Below are positions 57,101-64,000 of a DNA stretch of 64,000 nucleotides, piece after piece; within the stretch, counting starts at the first letter, position 1; each line of letters starts with the position of its first letter. This stretch comes from Oikopleura dioica (Eukaryota > Animalia > Chordata): the NCBI GenBank assembly GCA_907165135.1, contig OU015569.1, forward strand, positions 3,844,001-3,908,000, read 5' to 3'. A program made the translations under genes and the position numbers. The notes beneath the pieces were generated by a model that saw only the letters and a program-made list of their open reading frames with translations, made no database searches and was not told the DNA's origin.

Positions 57101-60100
57101 GAAATCAATGAATCATTAATGAAGATTCACAACGTAGACATTTCTAACGACAAAATGCATGATTCTTGGACGGAAGCCATCCAAATAATGGGAATGACGA
57201 CTAAGTTCGTGAGGACTAGGTTCGTGGGACTAGGTTCGTGGTGGGTTCTGCCAGAGTATTTAAATCGGGCTATATCGGGCACGAACCTAGTCCCACGAAC
57301 CTAGTCATCAACCCATTTCCTTCAATGACCGAAAATGGTGAAGATACAAAAAAATACATATAAAAATCCAAATTCCACGAACCTAGTCACACGAACCTAG
57401 TCCTCACGAACCTGGTCATCCATCTCCAAATAATTAAATGAGTACATTCATAAATATTTAAGCCCTAGCAATCGAAGTGTAGTCTTCTATAATATCATCA
57501 AAAAGCTTTCGGTTTTCACCGGCTTTTTTCTGAATCGCCGTCACATCACCATCAAGCCGTTTTAAAATCTCAAAGTGCTTGGTCTTCCATTCGAGAATTT
57601 CTGGCTTTATGCGATTTTCAAGTATTGACAGTTTCAAGTCCACGTTTTGATCCGACTCGTCAACGGCCTTCTTCAATTTGTCGACGCGTTCCTTGACCCA
57701 CGTTGTCTCCCTAGAGTACGTCTCGTTCAGATATTTGACACTGCTCTCGATGGTGAAGATGTTCGTCAAGAAGTTTTCTGTTGAAGTTTCAAATTTACGC
57801 ATCAAATTTGCTTGCGATTCGGACACTTCTAAGAACCGCCGGTTGAAATTTGCCGTTTGTTCGCCAATGGCGACTTCCAGTGAATAGATTTTGTCTTTGT
57901 TGTTATCGACAGTTTTGAGTTTCAAAGACTGTGAGTTTTGAGCTGCTTTCACATCTTCAATCTTATGACCAAACTCAACGATAGATGCTGCGTTTTTCGA
58001 GTAGTTTTCGAGGTTGAGTTTTAGCTGCTTGTGATTCTCGAGGAGTTTGCCTTCCGTGTATTGAACACTCTTTTGCAGTTTTCCTAAGTCATTATGCATG
58101 TTGAGAATATCATCTTCAATGGAAGAAATACGTTGTTGCATGGCTTGATTTGTCTGCTTATATTTTCTAAAAACACCGGCGATCTTGTGAATCTGGTCCA
58201 AGAGTTTTCTAGTGTTATTGGGAGGAGACTCACGTCTCTTCCTTCTTCGGTAAGTTGGCGGATCACCCCTGATTGATAATTCATCCAAGTAATCTTGATC
58301 GTCCAGAACTGTGTAGCTGTCGTAGGCTGAATTTGAATTTTTCAGACGAATAAAAAACTAACTTACTAGAATCACTACTCATATTGTCGCTAGAGTCGTC
58401 AAGACTGGCAACTAACTGAGTCGCCAAAGTTTCAAATGAAGTCGACCAAACACCTTCAAGCTGTTGCAACCGTTCATGGAAAACATCCATATCTTCGGTC
58501 AGGTAAGCAATTTGTTGGATAATTTGTTTGTTCTCATCGATTATAATAGAGGAGTTCTTGGAGACATTTCCGTCAACGAGTTTCAACGCATCCTCGTTTT
58601 GTTTCGCCTGGATTCCAAGCATGAGAATATCTTCCTTGATTTTGTCGAGGGTCTCCACTAGCTCTTTTTCCTGCTTATCCTTCTCATTTTTGACCAGATC
58701 GATTTCCTGCCCAATGGAAGCAGTAGCCTTTTCCCAGTTACGAACCGAGGAAGTAATCTCAGATATTATTTCTTTATTTTGGATTGTCTGTGCTGAGTTC
58801 GCATCGACCTCATTTTCAATTTTGTGATTCTCTTCTCTTATTTGAGTAATTTTGTCTTCAATATCTTCAATTTTTTCGGGAAGATTTAAAAAGTCATTTT
58901 CGATAGACGTTATTCGCGAGTTGATTGACATGTGGAAGTTCCTATTGGCTTCCATCGAGTTCGAAAAGATAGCTTCATTATTGCGCGTTCTTTCCCCAAG
59001 TGCAGTCACAGTTGAGTTGAGCAGTGCTTCTCCGCGTAAAATGCTTTGAACTGAAAGCTCAATTTTCTCAATTTCTGCGACAAGAAGCTGTTCTAAGGCT
59101 GAATGTTTCCCCGCTTGATGATTGATAGGAACGATGAGTTTGTCGTGCAGAATTTGTGTTCGCTTCTCCAGCTCATCCGAGTTGACCTTGGTGAGTTTTT
59201 CAATCTCGTTCGACTTATTTGCAAGCTTGAAGACGAGCGCCAGGGTGCTCGTGGAGTCCTCTTGTATTTTTTTAATATCACTTGCTAAAAAGCCCAACTC
59301 TTTCGCGTGTTCAAGGCTTTTTCCTTCGGATGCTGCGAGTCTCTGTCCCTGCCTGTCCACTTTGTGAAGAAGCTGTCCGAATTTCTTGTCTACGTACTCG
59401 CTGTTATCTGTTTGCCCGCGTAATGTCTGCTCCATATTAGAGTTGATCTGCTCTTGTAACTGAGCCACTCGTCCTGATATAATATTCATACTGTTTTGAT
59501 GTGTTCTATCGACTTGGGTGACATTAGTCGCTAAATTTAGCACCCTTGATTCGACCGATCTGATGCTCTTGAATAATTGCTCGGACTGTGGTCGGAGATC
59601 GTCATCAAGTTCTGTGAGTTCGATTCGTAGATCTTCGTAATTGTCAGTCAGTTTCATAATGATTTGACGCTGCTGCATCATTTGCTTTCGCTCCATAGCA
59701 TGAGAATCAATCAGTCCGGAAACATCACTCTTCAGAGTAACCAAACTACTCTCTATTTGAGTAACCACTGATTTGCGCTCTCGTAAGTAATCCTCAAATT
59801 TAACACTTTTGCTGCTCATTCTATCAATACTTTCTTGGTGTCGATCATATAATTCCTTATTCATTTCCAGCTTTTCAGTTATTTCGGCCGTCTTCTGAGA
59901 AACTATCGAAAGCGCTTGCTCCGCTCGATTGGATGCATCCAAGAGTTTTGAATCCAAATTAGAAACTGATGTTTTCAGGCTTTCGTAGTCCGTCGTTTGC
60001 CGGCTATTTACTCTTGCCACGTGGTCTTCTATGACCGCTAGCTTGTCTTCTAGATTTTTCTGTCCGACTTGCTGCTGTAGAATTTTAGTTTCAAGCAGGG

Positions 60101-63100
60101 AGCGAAGCTCAGATGCTGTCATGCTTGTCGTATTGACCTTGCGCAAGTTCTCGGACAGAATGTTCATCTTGGTGGACATTTCCCCGCTCAGTGATTCCTT
60201 GAGATATTGAATTTTGCTGCTCAACGAGTGCGACATTTGTGTCTTCATGACATTAATCGAGTTGTTAAATGTTGTCAGGTCATCTTCAATCAAAAACGAC
60301 ATGTCAATCAGCTGACCTTCTAGTTTGTCCTGCTCTTCTTTGATATCGGCGACTTTTGCAGATAGGTTGGCTGTCGTACTTGCCGTCTTCTCAAGCTCGT
60401 CGATTCGTTCAGACATTATTTCAATCGAGTCCTCAGAAGAAGCTATTCCATCATCAATTTTACGCTCGATATCGATGAGTGACGACTTCAGCAACTCAGA
60501 AGCATGCTCATATTTCGATGCTCTTGAAGCCAAGTCGTCCGTCAAAAACGTTATTGTCTCTGTTTGAGTTTTTGCTTCTTGAACTGCTGATGATATCTTC
60601 GATATATCATTTCTTCGGGATATGAGCTGAGTTCTAAAAGCTTCTAGCTCAGACTCAATTCCATCGGCTTTGATCGATAAAGCGGACAAGTCAGACTCGC
60701 GGGCTTTATCCATCATCTCGTGGCGCACTTCTGAAATGTCTGCTTCCAAATGACTCCTTGTTGAATTCAGATTTTCTTCAAACGATCTGCTCTTTACATC
60801 TATTTCTTTGGCCAGATAAGTCTTTAACTCGTCTTCAACGTTAGATGATCTCCTCTCGGAATCATCAACACGCTGGATGATTTCTTCATTCGTTCTTGAA
60901 ATCTCATCCGTAATTTTAATAAGCTCATTGAACTTCTTTGAGATTGTACTTTCTGCAGGCCTACTTCGCTCGACTTCATCAAGGCGTTCCCCAAGTATGA
61001 TTTGTTGTTCCTCGCAAGAATCTATTCTGGGTGAGAATGCCTCTCTCATTTTATCCATCACTCCATTCAATTGAAGATCAAAACTTTGATCCTTCATCGA
61101 GTTAGATTCAGTTAAATTCTTCTTCAATTGGGCGAAATTTGAAGTTAAAACGTTCACAATGTCGTGATCTGTTTTCATCATTTTCTTGATTTCATCAACG
61201 TGATTATCCAGAGAATTAAACTTTTGAGACAAGTTAGTAAGCTCGAGTTGGTCAACTTGAGGAACGACAACAGGTTGTTTATTGACCAGTCTTTCTATAG
61301 TCTTCTGGGTCTTGTTAAATCGTTTTTGAATTGAAGAAGAAAGTAGCTCGTAATTGCGAATAGATTCAGACAGCGTTTCAATCATTGAAGTTGAATTATT
61401 TAAACCATTTTTCGAAGCGAGGATTTCTTTTTCTTGTTTTTCGAATTCCTTCGTCAAGTCTGATATTTGTTTGGCGGTTCCACTCATTGCCTGTTCAACG
61501 ACTGTAATTCGGAGATTCGATTTCATTGAGCGTTCGGTTGCATTTGAGCTTAATTCACGGAGCTGCTCCCCTGCCAATGTAAACGAATCTATTAGTTTAG
61601 CAATGGCAACATTGTGTTCCTGTATAATCCCCTTCTGATCTTCTATGCTCATGGCATTGAGATTGATGAGTAAAAGGTTCTCCCGCGCCATCGCAGTGAT
61701 ATTCTCCATTGATGGACCAAGTTCATCAGCTATTTCACTCTGGGAATCTTTTTCTTTCGGAAGTTGAGATTCATTATTTTCGACTTTTTCTGTTAGCATT
61801 TTCAGCTTCTCGTCTATATCGGTAAGGCGTCCTTCGACTTCTTCTTGAACATCTTGCGGTGGATTCATCAAAATCATCATTCTAACATAGTTTAGATCAG
61901 CTGCCAAACTGTCGGTTAGATTAGTAAATTGTCCAGCAAGAAATCTTAGATTTGCTGTCCACTTTGACTCCAACTGCTCGATTTCGGATGATGATGCATA
62001 AGTTTTTGTCACAAGCTCGATTTCCTCGACTTGCTCAGCTTCCAAAGCTTTTTCTTCCTTGGGCGTCTTTTGGTTCATTGAAATCAAGGAAGAGTTCAGC
62101 GAGTCGATACGATCGTTCACGCGCTCCAGCTCTAGTACGTCAAGTTCAATTGGTGCGGAGGGAATATCTGCTACAATTTCTTCGAAACGACCATCGATGT
62201 CGTTGACAAGCTTAGTAAGAGCCGTCCGGACGTCCTCGACGATAATATTATCTTCGTTTTCAAGAGATTGGAGTTTTGCACTTACATCGGGGGTCACAAA
62301 ATTCTAGTATTGTTTATTCATATATAATTTTATATCATTATAAAATTGGGCTAATTGAATGAAGATTGTGACCCTTTTCAAAAGAAATAAATTTCTCCGT
62401 ATTGACTTCCAGGTCACTTTGAATGTCCTCAACTCTCTGGGATGTGACACGTTGGTAGGCCATGACTTCTTGACGAGTTGCAGAGAGCTCCCTCAGCGTA
62501 CTTTGTTCCGCTTCAAGAGGTGCGATTCTCAATTCCAGCTGCTGAAGGCGTGTTCTAAAATCAGTACTGTCGGTTTCTCCTCCTTTCGATGGCTGTGAAT
62601 TCCTGTATTCAGATTCAGATTTTAACGCCCTTTATGATTGTTCCACAATAGAAAATCTACATCTTTCGTCAAACAGCTAAAATTTGACAGCTAAAATTAG
62701 AAGTCTGGCAAATTATGATGGCCTCTCTGTGTCAGTTGAAAGAGTCAGAATGAATTGACCTTTGATACAGATGCACAAGAGCGTTAATTGCTATGACCGT
62801 TTGCACTGATGACCGAAGACGTGACTAACGCCGAAAATGTAGAACAAATCCTGAGTTCACGCTTGAACTGATCGAGTTGAGGCTGAAGTGCGTTCTTGAT
62901 TCGTCGCCTTATCGAAGGATGTCCATGAATCTTCGGTGCGTAGTCCATTCGTATACTTCGAATTTCAGCTTCTAATCGTCTGTAATTATAATGCGCCGTT
63001 GATATCTTCGTATTCATAGTTGAAAGTTGAATGTTGATATCCCGGATTTGATTACTCTCTTTGCTCAAAATTACCGTTGTCGTTTAATGGTAAATTTAAG

Positions 63101-63289
63101 TACTTTAATCTTTTTATCTTTTATAGAAATAAATCATTTATAATTTTTAAAGCGGAAAGAAACAACTTCGAGCGCATTCCTTAATTCTGCGGCAGAGAAC
63201 GGCGTTTCAGCTGCAACGGCACTCGTATAATTTAAGATCCCTAACGTCAGCGCTACAATCCATTCTCGCCGCCGCTTTCGCGTCTGCAT
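51149..63289 (-). CDS. Giant predicted secreted protein: signal peptide, ~2,700-aa coiled coil, 2 TSP1 repeats, C-terminal kelch-like propeller (some junctions uncertain)
   Basis: ATG 63289 MQTRKRRREWIVALTLGILNYTSAVAA; ~3.9-kb heptad-rich exon 62303-58374; a chain of further coiled-coil exons; WSSWSKCSVTCGNG and WSAWSPCTKSCGTG..QRTR; GG-containing blades (VMLLGG, VFVIGG, LVMIGG, ILVFGG); stop TAA at 51149-51151. Confidence 0.7.
57190..57426 (+). mobile_element. Foldback-family copy D (237 bp, internally deleted) inside an intron of the giant gene
   Basis: Ends GGGAATGACGAC...GGTCATCCATCTC; 8-bp TSD CAAATAAT at 57182-57189 and 57427-57434. Confidence 0.88.
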
Positions 63290-64000
63290 TTTTATAAAAT
63301 AACTGATTTTCTTCTTCGTAAATCTCTTTCTTTTCTCGCTCGATTCTTCCGTTGGTTTTCACTCTTCTCAAATGCACGATTTCGTCTCTCAGAGCGAAGT
63401 AAGCCTCAATTAGGTTTTAAAAAGTAGCATAAAGAGGGCCGCCGGATTGTTAAATTCGCCACTTGGGGATGTACGTCCACGGAAAAATCAGAAATTGATA
63501 GAGTAAATAAACCCAAATTGGAGATTTTGGGAAAACTGCTCAGCGAGAAGTACCAAGGTAGGATGACGCTAAATCACCCGCCGAACGGGATCACAAAGGC
63601 CCTCACGTTAAAAAGGGGTCATCCAAAGGCACAAAGACCGTTTTATCCCCCATTATGTGGTGTATCTCCTTAAGGTGCGCCACACAATCGTGCGATAAAC
63701 CTTTTATTCACATCATCGTAAACACTCGAACATTCGTACATTTGCTCTTTAACTTTGATGTGCACACTTTTGATCAAGCGGCACTCTGTTTGATATGGGC
63801 AAACGACACACCCGAAAAATCTTCAATTCAACCCTTGTTCCTTAATCATGCCTTTTTATGCTGTCTCCTAAAAGTATATGTAACATATGCCTGCTTCGAC
63901 AAAACTCTTGCAAGAAAAAAAATGAATAGTTTCAGTCATGTAACTGACTGAAAACTTCTTTAGAGTGGAACTAGCTATGTTTTATTTTATTGAATAGAAT

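Noticed and set aside
58464-62307. Many short plus-strand ORFs within the giant exon
   Set aside because: Antisense shadows of the long coiled-coil frame.
62304-62373. Possible GG-AG intron in the giant gene (AAG|GGTCAC)
   Set aside because: An in-phase canonical donor (GAA|GTCAAT, ~62408) also works, and there is no homology to discriminate.

Overview
Compact, intron-dense animal genomic DNA, not prokaryotic. Introns of about 35-75 nt, repeated GA-AG/GG-AG/GC-AG splice junctions and an operon-like gene pair point to the larvacean tunicate Oikopleura dioica or a close relative (inference). Gene order: 3' end of a delta-protocadherin (+), small coiled-coil gene (+), SNAP25 (-), RRP12 (-), RPL27A (+), WRN-type RecQ helicase (+), SRCR/TSP1 membrane protein (+), GATA1/2/3 (-), mosaic SRCR-CCP-trefoil-EGF trypsin protease (-), a gene-poor MITE-containing stretch, a coiled-coil gene (-), ODF3 (+), Kv1/Shaker channel (-), a repeat-rich intergenic region, and a ~12-kb gene for a predicted ~3,400-aa secreted coiled-coil + 2xTSP1 + kelch-like protein (-). 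The most notable items are this giant protein, a four-copy foldback transposon family with ~8-bp target-site duplications, and many non-canonical introns, including an apparent AT-AG intron needed to complete a trefoil domain. All gene models were assembled by eye from the sequence, the ORF track and remembered family motifs; no searches were run.
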